64,000 bases of DNA. Source: Eledone cirrhosa. Its lineage: Eukaryota. The DNA lies in the NCBI GenBank assembly GCA_964016885.1, contig OZ024745.1, positions 78,678,001-78,742,000 on the forward strand, written 5' to 3'. Position numbers and translations under genes: made by a program. How positions within the stretch are numbered: the stretch's first letter is position 1; every line of letters begins with the position of its first letter. The notes under the pieces are model-generated. The model saw only the letters and a list, made by a program, of their open reading frames with translations, was not told the origin of the DNA and made no database searches. Positions 27,594 to 45,489 of this stretch are shown one piece after another.

Positions 27594-28707
27594 AAAATAC
27601 GTAGTTTAGAAAGCCACAACAATGCACAGGGAAATCTCGAGGTAGGAAGTGAATGATAGATAGGAGAAATAGGAGAAAGTGAAAATTAAGAGAGACAAAG
27701 ATGAAAACAAAACAAAGGTAGAAGGGTTACCGTAGTGGAGATTTAATCCCAATATTTCGGGCTCACGCCCATCAACGGGGGAAAGTTCCAAAAGGGGGGG
27801 AACAGGCTAAGCCGGAGAAAGTTGTGATGTCGTTAAAACAGGAATGCCGTTATGGGGAGAAAATTTTTTAAAATTTAAATGAGGGAAAGAATGCGCGTGC
27901 GCGTGATAGGCTGTGGCAAAAGCTACTGACCAAATGGGTTAAATCAAGAGGGTGCGCTAGCGTGTGAAAGCCGTAAAATATGTGTGTGTAAATATATATG
28001 TGTGTGTAACTGTGTGTGTATATGTGTAAGTGTGTATATGTGTGAGTGTGTGTGTGTTAAAGATAGTGGGCTGTAGAAGCTGGAAATTAAAGGGTGTGAA
28101 AGGTGGTAGGTTGTAAAACATGTGTGCGTGTATAAATATAGATGTGTCTGTGTATGCGTATGGGTATATATGTGTGTAACTGTGTGTGTATATGTGTGAG
28201 TGCGTGTGTGTGTGAAAGATAGTGGGCTGTAGAAGCTGGAAATCAAAGGGTGTGAAAGGTGGTAGGTTGTAAAAACATGTGTGCGTGTATAAATATAGAT
28301 GTGTGTGTGTATGCGTATGGGTATGCATATACGTGCGTGTGTGTGAAACAGCAGGCCGTAAGGGCTGTGAATGGTCACTATGGTTAAGTTAGCCATGTCA
28401 GCTCATTTCTCTCAGCCCGGTTGTTAAGTGGGGGTCTGAGGTTCTTAATAACAAGTTTTAACGACATCACAACTTTCTCCGGCTTAGCCTGTTCCCCCCC
28501 CCCCCCCTTTTGGAACTTTCCCCCGTTGATGGGCGTGAGCCCGAAATATTGGGATTAAATCTCCACTACGGTAACCCTTCTACCTTTGTTTTGTTTTCAT
28601 CTTTGTCTCTCTCAATTTTCACTTTCTCCTATTTCTCCTGTCTATCATTCACTTCCTACCTCGAGATTTCCCTCTGCATTGTTGTGGCTTTCTAAACTAC
28701 GTATTTT
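27594..28707. mobile_element. 5'-truncated PLE (minus strand) with head-to-head inverted copy of its terminal repeat
   Basis: ~246-bp inverted repeat (27594-27839 / 28455-28707). The minus strand at 28385-28455 encodes LVIKNLRPPLNNRAERNEL, a GIY-YIG C-terminus. The spacer contains a ~170-bp tandem duplication. Confidence 0.7.
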
Positions 28708-28747
28708 ACACATTTCACAATGCTTCAAGCAAACTTTAACACCCTCT

Positions 28748-29320
<573 letters not shown>

Positions 29321-29677
29321 AAGAACACAGGTTAATTAAGATACTAACCAGAAGGAAAACAGAGTACACGCGTTAATAAAAATTGGTTTCTACTTTCCTA
29401 ACGATGCAAACTTGGACGGATCCTAATAAGTATATTTTATTGTTAAATTCGTCATAAGGCTAGCCACATGGAAACTTCTCGAAGCACTAACTCTCTAATT
29501 AGATTATTCTGATGCAAGAAGCATTAACAAAATTATAGTCAGATGAAATATGCCGTGGAAGAGAAATAACAGCAGCATCTGGTGAAATGTTAAATTTTTC
29601 TTTCAATCACCATTTTTCATTGTCGTAGCGATCGAATACTTGAGAAAATGTACAGTGATACTGTTGGTGCTATTAAT

Positions 29678-29746
29678 CAGGTGGTGCTATAAAGTTAGAC
29701 ATGGTCAAGGCCTATACTAGCCGAAACCTATCTAAGTTATCTAAGT
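29678..29746 (+). mobile_element. Extreme 3' tail of the LINE family at 95-7028
   Basis: caggtggtgctat matches the end of the right LINE arm (3759-3771, minus strand). It continues to a short tandem terminal repeat tatctaagt-tatctaagt. Confidence 0.55.
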
Positions 29747-30189
29747 AATATATATTTGTTGGTATTGTTACAGAGTTATGTATGGGATGAATGAACACTG
29801 TGCGGATACACTTAATTATTCGTGCGTAAGGATGATCACAGTACAAAGGATGTTGAATGAAAAGATTATGAAGGAATTTTGAATGGGTGTTAATATAGGA
29901 AGAATAGTGTTGATTCGGTGTTGATGTAAGATCGCTTATTGGATTTGATACAGATATTAAGATTCAATACGGTTTTATGTGTTTATTGACAAGTATAGGT
30001 ATAGTTATTACACCTATCAAGACCTCATGCTTGTGTAATATTTCAACTTTTCTTTTCGTAAGACAATCAACGACGTGAGTAGAGTAAAATTGATACATAT
30101 ATGTATGAAAAAGGCAACAGAAATAACAAAGCAAACGACACAGTACAATGAAGGAATATATTATTAGTTTTACGCTTGATATAGTAAGA

Positions 30190-31190
30190 AGAGAGTCTTA
30201 ATGTTTCGGACGCTAGTCTTTTATCAGAAAATAGAATGAGAAATTGAAGAAGAAATAAAAAGATTGAGGAGAAACGAAAGAAGTGGCAGAAACGAAAAAA
30301 GATTTTGAGCAAAAACAGGTCTATTTACGTCGCCATTTCTAGGAAAACTGTTGATGCTGGCATTTTAAAATTTGGTGATCAAGTGCGTCTTGCTGAAATG
30401 GAAAAATACGCGCGCGCGTATACGTGTGTGTGCGTGTTTGTTATTTGTCGGTACGAAGCTAAGAGAATATGGGTGTGTGTATGTAAGTATAAGAGAGTGT
30501 GTGTTTGTATGTGTGTGCGTGTATATAAGGGGGGGGGGGTGTTAGTTGTTGGTCCGTACAGAACTGTGAAGGTAAGTGAATGTGTGTGTGTATCTTTTTG
30601 TTGGTCTGCTCGGTCTTGGTGCGCGAGGTCAGTGATCTATAATGTAAAAGGACACCAAGGACTGAGACATGTAGGGAAGAGTGGCCTGGGGACCAGAAAT
30701 GACGAGCGACGTGGGTGTCCATGCCGAGTCGTATGTCTCTCAAATGTTCAACGAAATGGTCCGCCTGACGGTGGACTGTTTGTTCGGAAGTGACGTCGTC
30801 TGTGGACAAGACGTGTATAATGTATGTGTGTGTTCCTGTTAAATGCTGTGTGATTTCGTTTATGCTCCTATGTCGAATTCTTTTTGATGTAAATGTTGTG
30901 TCAAGCTGCAATAGATTGGATAGTTTAGCTATTCTGGATTGAGTTATGTGTTTGGACTTGCGTGTGTGTATATGTCGAATGTTGTGTGTCTAGTTGTAAT
31001 TGACTGTCGGTTATTATGCGTGTGTGCGTTATTGTGACAGAAGTTACACGTGTGCGCTTTTATGTTAAATATTGCGTACAGAGTTCTAATCTATTGTTGA
31101 TTTGCGTGTTTAGCCTAGCTATTATTATTCCTTCTTTGATTCTAGGGTTACCTAAGTTCCTCTCCCTGGCTTTAATACCAATGGGTTTTT
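30190..31190 (-). pseudogene. Decayed Penelope-like element (GIY-YIG region plus degenerate hammerhead at 30196-30230)
   Basis: ORF 30459-30911 contains FVEHLRDIRLGMDTHVARHFWSPGHS...VLG...R..EQ. Downstream on the minus strand is CTGATAA-gac tagc gtc-GAAAcatTA. Confidence 0.6.
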
Positions 31191-31577
31191 TTTAAATATT
31201 ATAGTCTTCAGACGACCGAAATATTAGGACAGGTAAATAGAATAACAGATGACACACCAATATCTTTGATTGCTTTCAATTTATTTTGAAATCTACCGAC
31301 TATTTTGCATTATCGTAGCCTTCAAATATCATACTGCTACATATATATATATATATATATATATCAGATGTGAGAAAAAGCACAGATCCTCCATCTCAAC
31401 TCACCTTTTGAAAAGCAGAAGAACTGCGAAACCGGTAAAGGGACCAAATAAATATATATATATATTTTTAAATAAGACTCCAGTTGCATTTTCGATTTCA
31501 TCTCTTTTTCTTTATACTTTCACTCGTGTAGGACACCTCGGTTATTTTTCATTTTGTAAATAAAAAAAAAACCTCAC

Positions 31578-31607
<30 letters not shown>

Positions 31608-31609
<2 letters not shown>

Positions 31610-32465
31610 TGTTATACTTTGGGAGGGTCATGTTGCCAATAAGAAACACACGCACCAGTTGCTTTCACTTCAATTTATTATATATTTATAAATTTATAAA
31701 TTTCTGGTTGGTTGGTTGGTTCCACAACCAGATAGTTGTTTATATATAGTCATAGTTCTTTCGTCACACACTCTGTGACCTCTTCAGTGACTGGGGATTC
31801 CTTTCTTTGTTTCTGTGCCTCTCCTTTGTTCTGTCCTACGCCATTTTGTTTCTGTGTGTGTGTTGTGTGCTCAGTCTGCGCATGCGCCACATCCGGGTGT
31901 CTGTGTGTGTTTATGTTCATTTATTTATTTGTTTATTTACATGTTACTGGTTGGTTGTTTGTTCTATGTGTGTGTGTGTTTTCATTTTGTCCTTAATTGT
32001 AAGTTGTGATGTTGCTGTTCCACTCATATTTTCTATTTAATTTTGGTTGTAATTCTTTTATGTTTATTGCCTCTGTAATTTGTCTAAACATTGCGTCTTT
32101 TCTGTGTGTAGATTCTATTTTTATTTCTATGTTCTCTAATTTACCCTTGTGTTCTATCTTAGCATGTTGGTAGAGTACAGATGATTCTTTATTATCTTGA
32201 AGGTCTCGCCAGTGTTCATTTATCCGTTCCCCTACACTACGAGCTGTCTCACCTATGTACACTATATTTTTGTCTCTACATTGTCCTTCAGTACATCTTA
32301 TGCTATACACTACATTTCTAGTTTTACAGTTAATATGGGGGCTTATTTTACAGGTTATACATTTCTTATCTATACATGAGGGTCTTTGAAAAGGGTATGT
32401 CTTGCTAATAAGTGTTTTTACGGAGGTACCTGGTCTTTCTACTATCTTAATATTGAGTTAATGCT
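31608..32465 (-). mobile_element. 5'-truncated Penelope-like element (GIY-YIG domain, 3' UTR, hammerhead)
   Basis: ORF 31993-32310 reads YSIRC...YIGETARSVGERINEH...RQITEAINIKELQPKLNRKYEW. Both flanks are (TA)n. Confidence 0.85.
31748..31792 (-). ncRNA. Minimal type I hammerhead ribozyme
   Basis: agtca-CTGAAGA-g gtcaca gagtg tgtgac-GAAA-gaac-TA-tgact. Confidence 0.8.
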
Positions 32466-32521
<56 letters not shown>

Positions 32522-32676
32522 ATATTTATTTATTTATGTTTGTTGGTTCACCACTGGATAGAACTGGTCATTCCGTATGGTCAACCTCGATGTAATATTA
32601 GGGAGAGCACTCGACGTAATGCAACTAATCCGTCTTCGTTTGTGTTGTTGGTGGTGCGAGTACGGAGTTAATTATT

Positions 32677-36621
<3,945 letters not shown>

Positions 36622-36756
36622 AACGAAGGAAGTGTGGTAAGGAACCAGGTGAACCATAACGCACCAGAGCACTCGATACTTAGGGTAGTAGAGTGGGTAA
36701 TAGGAATAGAGTCAGGACCCCGACGGCTGAGCTCTATTCAGATCTAGCTCTATCTA

Positions 36757-36799
<43 letters not shown>

Positions 36800-37054
36800 C
36801 AAAGAGGATGTGGTAAGATTCCAGGTGGACCTGGCGGACTTTATATAATCTTTTTGGTATGTATGACATACCAATCCTGAACTCCAAAATTAAATACGTT
36901 CAACGCTAGTGCCGACATTATTGACGGCACGAGTTCACTAGTTCTTTAGATAAACAAAGCTATTCCATAATTAATTTCCAGCACGTATTACATATAAATA
37001 TTAACAGATATCTACATGCTATTTATAGATATCTGCATGATATATTATATATTG

Positions 37055-37532
37055 ACTAGCAGAAAACCACCCTTCGGGTGGTTTTCTGCTAGCATGTGTA
37101 GTGTGTATAGATATTATACACAAATATATATACATGTAGATTTGATACATCAAATAAAATCGTAATTGACAATATACACAGTCTGTTACACTGTCTTCTG
37201 TAATCAGTAATGTAATCCATGATACATTTAAAAAAAGATGATATTATATATAAACTGCATTAGGAGAAAATTAGCGATGGAAATATATGCGATATTTTTA
37301 TAAGTGTTATAATATAACGGTCGCTAACCGGAAGTGTTGACATTGAAAATGTTAAAGAAGTGAATCTTTAAATAAGCTATAAAATATATTTAATCAACAG
37401 CCACGAAATTTAGCACATAAATTATGTAATATTCATTCATTATTTATTCGAAGTAATCCAACTTATTTTACAAACGGAGTAAAAAAATATATTCTGGACA
37501 CAGTCCCGCACTCCTTTCTTTATAGTTAAGAT
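37055..37532 (-). mobile_element. Putative non-autonomous Helitron-like element with terminal hairpin
   Basis: ctagcagaaaaccaccc-ttc-gggtggttttctgctag hairpin at 37056-37092 with a CTAG end. The far boundary is tentative. Confidence 0.4.
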
Positions 37533-37619
37533 TCGGGGAATGGGGAGGTAATTATTGATTTAAGACTTTACAAGTTATTAAATTGATAGTATGTTACTGA
37601 TTATTATTTTTTTACTCAT

Positions 37620-37835
37620 AGGGTGCTAGATTGACAGTATAGGTAGAGCGTTCGACAATATACTTTGTAACATGTAGTTACGGTCCTTTGCGTTTTGAGT
37701 TCATATCCCACCGATGTTAGCTTTGCCTTTCATCTTTCATCCTTACTGGATTGATAAAAATTGCACCAGTAATGCAGTGGAGTCGACTTAATCGACTTCC
37801 CCCTTCCCTTTACATTGTTGACCTTATGTAGAAAC
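37620..37835 (+). mobile_element. Diverged tRNA-derived SINE
   Basis: gagttcatatcc B-box-like motif followed by ctttgcctttcatc...gataaaa. Confidence 0.6.
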
Positions 37836-38669
37836 AAATATTATGTTCACTCACGGGGAAGGAAATGCAAAATTAAGCTTTGCTGTATTTACAATTTAGG
37901 GTGTAAACTCAACTCGCTCTTACAAATGATCTACAAGAAATATTAAATATAATTGAGTCAAGAAAGAAGCTTCCACATTGTCGGTTGATCTGATAGAGAT
38001 AACAGCTAAATTTCCATCAAACAACACTTTTTAAAAAAGAACAAGGATACATTGAAAAATGTAGTATTTGAATAAAAGACAGACTGATCGCAACTGGAAA
38101 CCTTTCGGACAACAACAACAATTTTAAATAATGATAGTGAAAAAAAGAAATGAAATATTTAGATCTAAAATACTACAGAGTAGATTATTAATTGTCCCTA
38201 GTAATATTTTTGTTAGTAGTACGACACACCGACAAACGAAACATGAAATAACTTCCATATCTTTTTCAGAGATATTTATAAAAAGATTTCATTCCAAGAT
38301 ACAAATGTGAATGTTGTTTTCTTTATCACATAAGTGAATTTTCTCTTCTTTTTTTAAAGTCCTTAAGAAGTTTACTTTAACCATTTTATTCATATCATTA
38401 TAGATTACAAGGTTTCTAAGACAAAGAAACTACTTATGAAGTAAAAGTAAATAATTATACATTAGATACAAAGATGCATCATGTATTAGTATCTAATGAA
38501 TATCCTGTTTATAGTTAAATGACTGACTTGTGGTTCTCTCCTGATTTATAAAACTATCTATTCAAATTTGTGTATAACAATTCACACATAACGCCATAAC
38601 GAACTTGTGGCACATCCTCGCAAGTACGCAAATCATACAAAACTTCAATATAGTCTCTATGGTAATATA

Positions 38670-38855
38670 ACTGTTTCTACTTTTGGCACAAGGCCAGCAA
38701 TTATCCAGTACATTACTAGTACTTTATTTTATCGACCCCGTAAGGATGAAAGGCAAAGTTAACCTCGGCGATATTTGAACTCAGATCATAAAGGGACGTA
38801 ACTCTATGCTTCAAAGCATGGCGTCCGACTCTCTACCGATACTGCCAATCCACCA
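38670..38855 (-). mobile_element. tRNA-derived SINE (octopus OR/OK-like family)
   Basis: A box tggcagtatcgg, B box gagttcaaat, body ctttgcctttcatcc...gtcgataaaat, tail ggccttgtgccaaaagtagaaac. Confidence 0.85.
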
Positions 38856-40369
38856 TAACGTCACAAAGATAGCTAAACATTTATCGAGCTAAAGAGAGGG
38901 GCTGAGCAACCGGATACTGGCTCAACCACAACAACAATACCAACAACAGCAGCAACATACAGAAAAGTAACAGCAAGCACAGCACCAATAATAACTACCA
39001 AACCACTGCCAGGCTTTTACTAACACCATCAACACAGGAAGCCTCCTAGAGTGCCTTCCCTAGAACAATTCCAACACAAATGACACCACAAATACATACA
39101 CTTGCATTAACCTGTCTCTATCTTCACCCTTGGATTTCTTATAAAAAGATTAGAAGGAGAGGGCAACTGATGTATGGCAAACTATCGCCAGAGGGGTCAA
39201 GAGAAATAATAAACAAATTATCATAACCCTTCCACCAAAAAATAACTTGCAAACTCGTTATCCACCAATATAATAATCAAATCAATACCAAGAATAATAA
39301 AAATAACAATCCACAAAAACACTGCCACCACCACAAGAACAGTCAAAACCCGCAACCACACTAACAACAACAGAAACACCATACATATACAACATACACC
39401 ATACATATACAACCACTATAGCACATTTGTATTTTTAAAATCTACTCCTCCGATTAACGTAATCTCTTTGTCCTTTTCTGACTATAAATTCAATTATCCG
39501 TTTTAAAGTTTCAGTTCCAAAACAAATGTATCAGTAGCTTCTTTTAACTTCTAGACTGTTTTAAAAATGATCAATATATTCGATAAAGGTGGAGATTTAA
39601 ACAAGATATATTCCCAACAATTCATGCAATCACACAGACGTATGAAATCATGTTTACGAGTCTCTGCTACACAAACGGAATTACATGAACCTCAACCATA
39701 CGAAGGTGAATACATCAAACATCAAAAACACGGAGCTGAGAGTAAAAATTGGATAAAACCACTCCAATTTACTTATCTACAACTGTTACATAGGTCTATA
39801 ATTACCAATACCAATTGAAAGTGAATATACCTAACATTTCCAAGCTTAATTGCGAAATAGAAAAACATTTATCATTCTTATCGTGACGAATCGTCAGTAT
39901 TAATTAACAACTTTTAATGATACTTGAAATTTATCTTTTTTAAACCACTAGAAATTGATACATTTCAGATTTACACTTCGACTGACATATTGTAACATTC
40001 AATAAAGACATTTACATGTTTGTTTGTGATGTAGTATTTCTTTGGAGATAAGAGTCAGTTTTATAGGTGCTTCCAAAAGATCCTATATAGAAACGGGGGA
40101 CATATATATATATTTTTTTTGTCGAAGTCAGTAGTAACTTTTTTCTTGTTCTTAACATATTGATTCCATTTTCTGCATAAATACCAAAGATTTATAGGGA
40201 TGGTGAACTTCCACATTTATCATTAAATTTAATACGTATTGCAACAGCATTAAACATAAATCGAATAGTCATGACAAGAAAATGGCTGAGTGATAAAATA
40301 AGCTACTTGCCGTATTTATTTACGTGTCTTTAATCATACTTTAATGTTAAATCAGGTGATAGTTTAGAG

Positions 40370-40681
40370 CAGAGGTTCTCAAGGTGGGCGCTACCACCCA
40401 CCAGCGTGCGTTGAGAAAGTCCGGGGGGGGGGGCTAAGGGAGTTCTGGGAGAGCTGTAGAGTTGATATAATAGTATATTAAATATCAAATAATACATATT
40501 ATATATAAATACAGTAAAATAAAAAATATATACTTATTTATACATAGTATATATTATATTATTAATTATATATAAATTGACGATTTTATTTATTATATAT
40601 TATTTACAATTTGTGTGTAAGCAGGTCTCTCTGGAAATAAGGGTGGGTGAGGGGGGTGTCCAAAACGTTTGCGAAGCTCTG
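40370..40681. mobile_element. hAT-type MITE
   Basis: Imperfect TIRs cagaggttctcaa / ttgcgaagctctg; 8-bp TSD gtttagag / atttagag. Confidence 0.65.
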
Positions 40682-41155
40682 ATTTAGAGGATGAAGCGTA
40701 ATGCCAATGACCTTTATACAAGACATCTAAAATTAAGGGAAAAGGAAGAGACCATGACTCATGAATTATCCTCTGAGTGGAAACCTGACCTGAAGCTTAC
40801 AATAACGTAGATTCTGCTAAAGGCACCCAATAACCAGTTGATGGTGTTAAATGAGGAGACGGTTAATTCTAGCACCCTTGCTACTAAGAGTAAACTATTG
40901 ACCCGTCCATCAGTTTCAATTGTATTCGATAAATGAATGGCCACAATCTTGTATCAAAATATTTTTCGATATATATAAATATGAAGCATCAATGCAAAAC
41001 ACATACAAAATAGTTATCATTTTATTTTCATTTGTGAAAACCTATATGGATTATATTTGAATGTTATATAGCTAAATATATTAGATTTGATGGGAAGGTA
41101 CAGTACATGACGTATTATTATATTTGAAGTGATATCTTCAATGATTTGAAGAAAC

Positions 41156-41960
41156 TAATAATAATTGTTTCTACTTTTGGCACAAGGCCAGCAATTATCC
41201 CAGTGTATTACTAGTACTTTATTTTATCGACCCCATAAGGATGAAAGGCAAAGTTAACCTCGGCGGGATTTGAACTCAGATCATAAAGGGCCGTAACTCT
41301 TTGCTGCAAAGCATGGTGTCCGACCTTCTACCGATACTGCCAATCCAAACTAATAATAATTGTTTCTACTTTTGGCACAAGGCCAGCAATTATCCCAGTG
41401 TATTACTGGTACTTTATTTTATCGACCCCATAAGGATGAAAGGCAAAGTTAACCTCGGTGGGATTTGAACTCAGATCATAAAGGGCCGTAACTCTTTGCT
41501 GCAAAGCATGGTGTCCGACCTTCTACCGATACTGCCAATCCAAACTAATAATAATTGTTTCTACTTTTGGCACAAGGCCAGCAATTATCCCAGTGTATTA
41601 CTGGTACTTTATTTTATCGACCCCATAAGGATGAAAGGCAAAGTTAACCTCGGCGAGATTTGAACTCAGAATGGCAAGGGCCGTAACTCAATGCGTCAAA
41701 GCATGGCGTCCGACCCTCTACCGATACTGCCAATCCATCTTAATAATAATGATTTCTTTTTAATAATAATTGTTTCTAGTTTTGACACAAGGCCAGCAAT
41801 TACTCCAGTGTATTACTGGTACTTTATTTTATCGACCCCATAAGGATGAAAGGCAAAGTTAACCTCGGCGGGATTTGAACTCAGACTATAAAGGGCCGTA
41901 ACTTCTATGCGTCAAAGCATAGCGTCCGACCCTCTACCGATACTGCCAAATTCACCACCC
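41156..41960 (-). mobile_element. Four adjacent SINE copies (three at 195-bp period plus a fourth insertion)
   Basis: ataattgtttcta at 41161, 41356, 41551 and ~41766. Confidence 0.9.
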
Positions 41961-43301
41961 TTTCTTTTAATAATAATGATGTCCAGTGAAGGTGTTAAGA
42001 ATGGTTAACAAAATATTTTCTGTATTCTAGATTAATATTTAAATTGATAGGGTGATGGCTATTACGAATATGAAACTTATCACCTGAGTCTAGTTTGAAA
42101 CTTAACCTTCTATTTGTATTTAGAGTTTAGTACAATCAGAATCATTAATTTCCTTTAAAAATAAAAATAGATTTTTCAGATTTAAAAAGTCAATTTCAAT
42201 CTAGAAATTCTCAAGTAAATAAACTAAAGAATTCTTGTGTAATTCTTTTTTTAACTTTTCTACATATGAATGTCTACACAGTTATATGTCTACTTAGCAG
42301 TATATTTATCACTGTGCTTAGGTGCACAAGTAGACATATAACTGTTAAGTAGACATTCGTTTATATAAAACTAAGTAGACATATAACTGTGCTTAAGCAC
42401 AGGGTCCCGTTGGCCAGGATGGGGCGGGTGGTCATCTTCCTGCCAAGTAAGGGGCATCATAACTTAACTAGTACAGGGCGTCATTTGTCCTAAATCGGGC
42501 ATGGCTACTTAGTGCATTTTATAATTGTTACACTTAAAAACACTAGTCGAATACAAAACTATCGAATGGCCTAACGTTCAATTAAACACAAATACAGCAG
42601 CCATCCAACAACTATAAAACTTATTGTGTTAAGGACTGTAAACAGTATTGGGTGTGGTATAATATCGTTTACCAGGTAACAACATTAAACGATGAAGGTA
42701 TGGTTAGAAGTAAACCCAACCCTAGATTAATAAGTCTTTAGCAAAAAACATTGTTGTAAAACTATTCATGGCTATAATCCATAATAAATGGATTTATATT
42801 AGTAAAACAGAATTTTTACCAGACTTAGCCTTTTTTCTTTTCCTCCAAGAAATGCAGTATTGGGAATAATGTCTGAATAAAAAGTGGATTGGTTATAGCT
42901 GGAACTTCTTTCATCATAGGTCAGCTCCATCAAAGCTGACCTGGAAGTTTAACAACTGCCACAACATCATTATCATTTCTACTACAATAGTTACAACACT
43001 CAATCAATTAATATTATGTTTGGGAAGCATAAAGTGAATACGAAAACGGAAAGTGCCATAGAGCAAATGGTAAGCACTGAATAAAACGAATCAATGAGCC
43101 GATTTCAATTCTTATCTGAAACCCTTCGCTTCACTTCACTTACGTCAATAATACCTACTGAGAAAAGCATGGTAACATCCCGAATGACACCTATTTTATT
43201 CCAACTTAAGATACAAGATCTTCAACTTTGTATAATATATTTCCCCAACGAGAGTAATAGTTCTTCTGTGACATAATGTGAATAATACTACAAAGAAGTC
43301 A

Positions 43302-43948
43302 TCTATATATATATATATATAACTGAGGATGTTTGTGTCTGTGTGTGTGTGTCTGTGAGTTTGATCCCTAAACCTCGAGAAGTACCCAATCGACTTTTTT
43401 CAAACTTTACATGTGTATTACTTATGTTTCAGGGAGTGTTATGCACATAAAAATTCAACTTTTTGATCCCCTAGGGCCTGCATTAGGTGAAAAACTGCGT
43501 TTTTTTTCAGCTTTTTTAGGTTTTTCTTTAGGCGTTACGTCAGACCGATTTCCTTGAAATTGTAACTCTGTATTAGTCAGTCTCTTCTTCATACCGTGAG
43601 CAAAGAAAATCCAACTTTTTTATGGCCTAGGGCCCGCATTAGGTGAAAAACTTCATTTTTTTCAGCTTTTTAAGGCTTTTTTGAGGCGTTACGTCTAGCC
43701 GATTTTCCCGAAATTTCAAGGCATATTATGCACATAAAAAAATTAATTTTCTTGATCCCCTAGGGCCCGCATTAGGTGAAAACCTGCATTTTTCCTGCTT
43801 CATCGAGGAAAATCTGATCAAGCCATCAGAGTATTCGGTATATTTTCTTTACATATTGTCCAGGCATGCAGTTTTTCCACGATTAAGTCTGTTGGCGGCC
43901 CGCGTTCCAAAATACCTTATTACGTGCAACGCCGGGTACCACTGCTAG
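43302..43948 (+). mobile_element. Non-autonomous Helitron-like element
   Basis: A^TC...CTAG^T ends, subterminal cgtgcaacgccggg, 5' (TA)/(TG) tract, three internal ctagggccYgcattaggtgaaaa repeats. Confidence 0.7.
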
Positions 43949-44435
43949 TAATCAATAAATCATAAAGCATAAAACACAAAATGATAAACATTCGATTTCA
44001 AAAAATAATAACAAAATTGGTGGGTAATTGAATACATTTTACGTCATAATTTTTAGAGGTCAAAAGCGTAGCACGAGCTGAACAATGCGGGGAAACAAAC
44101 CAGTCAAGACTCAGTGCAGAGTTTCATTACAAGAACGACACACAATACAAGCAGTTTAACAAGGATTTGAACAAAACAGAAATATGAAGATGTTTATAAT
44201 ACTGTGAAAATAAGCCGACTATACAAGTAAATAAATATATATCGGAATTATATCGTGTCAAATGTTGAAATCTGACTTTTAAGTGTGATATTAAGAATGT
44301 CTAGCAATAATACACACGCACGCGCACACACAAATATGTAGTCACTGCTTTGTGTATATGTATTTATACATGTGTAAGGTAAGCAGAGATTTATCCGAAC
44401 AACGGTTTCGTACAATCTGTTGGCAAATTGTACAC

Positions 44436-44651
44436 GTCAACGGATTATACGTACATCAGACCCCAGGGGCGTTGGAAGCATTTCTGAATGTCAACGGATT
44501 ATACGTACATCAGACCCCAGGGGCGTTGGAAGCATTTCTGAATGTCAACGGATTATACGTACATCAGACCCCAGGGGCGTTGGAAGCATTTCTGAATGTC
44601 AACGGATTATACGTACATCAGACCCCAGGGGCGTTGGAAGCATTTCTGAAT
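44436..44651. repeat. Perfect 54-bp minisatellite, 4 copies
   Basis: gtcaacggattatacgtacatcagaccccaggggcgttggaagcatttctgaat x4. Confidence 0.95.
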
Positions 44652-45002
44652 GGGGGTGAGGGTGGGGGTTTTACTATTTTAGTTGTAGTGATTAATTTTG
44701 CTCTTTGCACTCTAAGATGGCCAGAAAACTTCGATATGCGATAAACATAACATGTATATAAATTGAACCGCATATCCAAATAGATGTGTGTTTTGGTAGT
44801 TTGGGGGAAAAATATAAATATTGGAGGGGCATGTCCCACCATTCAGTTCCACCACCACTGTATATATATATATTTTTTTTAATTATGTTCTGTATCATTT
44901 CCTAATGGGGGTTAATATGTCGAGCTTCTTTGCATTTTGGTAAGAAACTGGTATTATACCCAATATATTCATCTCCTATATATATATGTATATATATACA
45001 TA

Positions 45003-45035
<33 letters not shown>

Positions 45036-45077
45036 GTATGGATTCACCGAACATTTATTATAATGCTCGATGGGGGT

Positions 45078-45128
<51 letters not shown>

Positions 45129-45489
45129 GGGTATACATATATATATATACACATCCAAACTATTCTCCTCTCTTATCTACCATACAATACTCCCTCTCAT
45201 TCCCTCTCACTCTATCCATCACTACCAAACTCTCCCCCTCACTACATCAACCACACAACACTCTCTCCTAATCCGCCCTCTATATCAATTAACACTTGAT
45301 ATAGACGTGAATTACTTTGCTCCGGACTTTTACAGATTATTGTCAAAAAAACTGTGAGTTATTGCTCAATTTAATAACATTGTTTAGTTTAACCCCTCGC
45401 CTGGGCCGTCAGACGTTGAGTTAACTAATTTTCGCACCTTTCTGGGGCGAAATTTTCATTTTCATCTCAAAACTGGAGACTTGGTGGCA

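Noticed and set aside
44436-44651. 54-bp repeat as CRISPR, ribozyme array or repeat protein
   Set aside because: No spacers; the minus-strand CTGATGT lacks a complete hammerhead core; the open frames arise only because 54 is divisible by 3.
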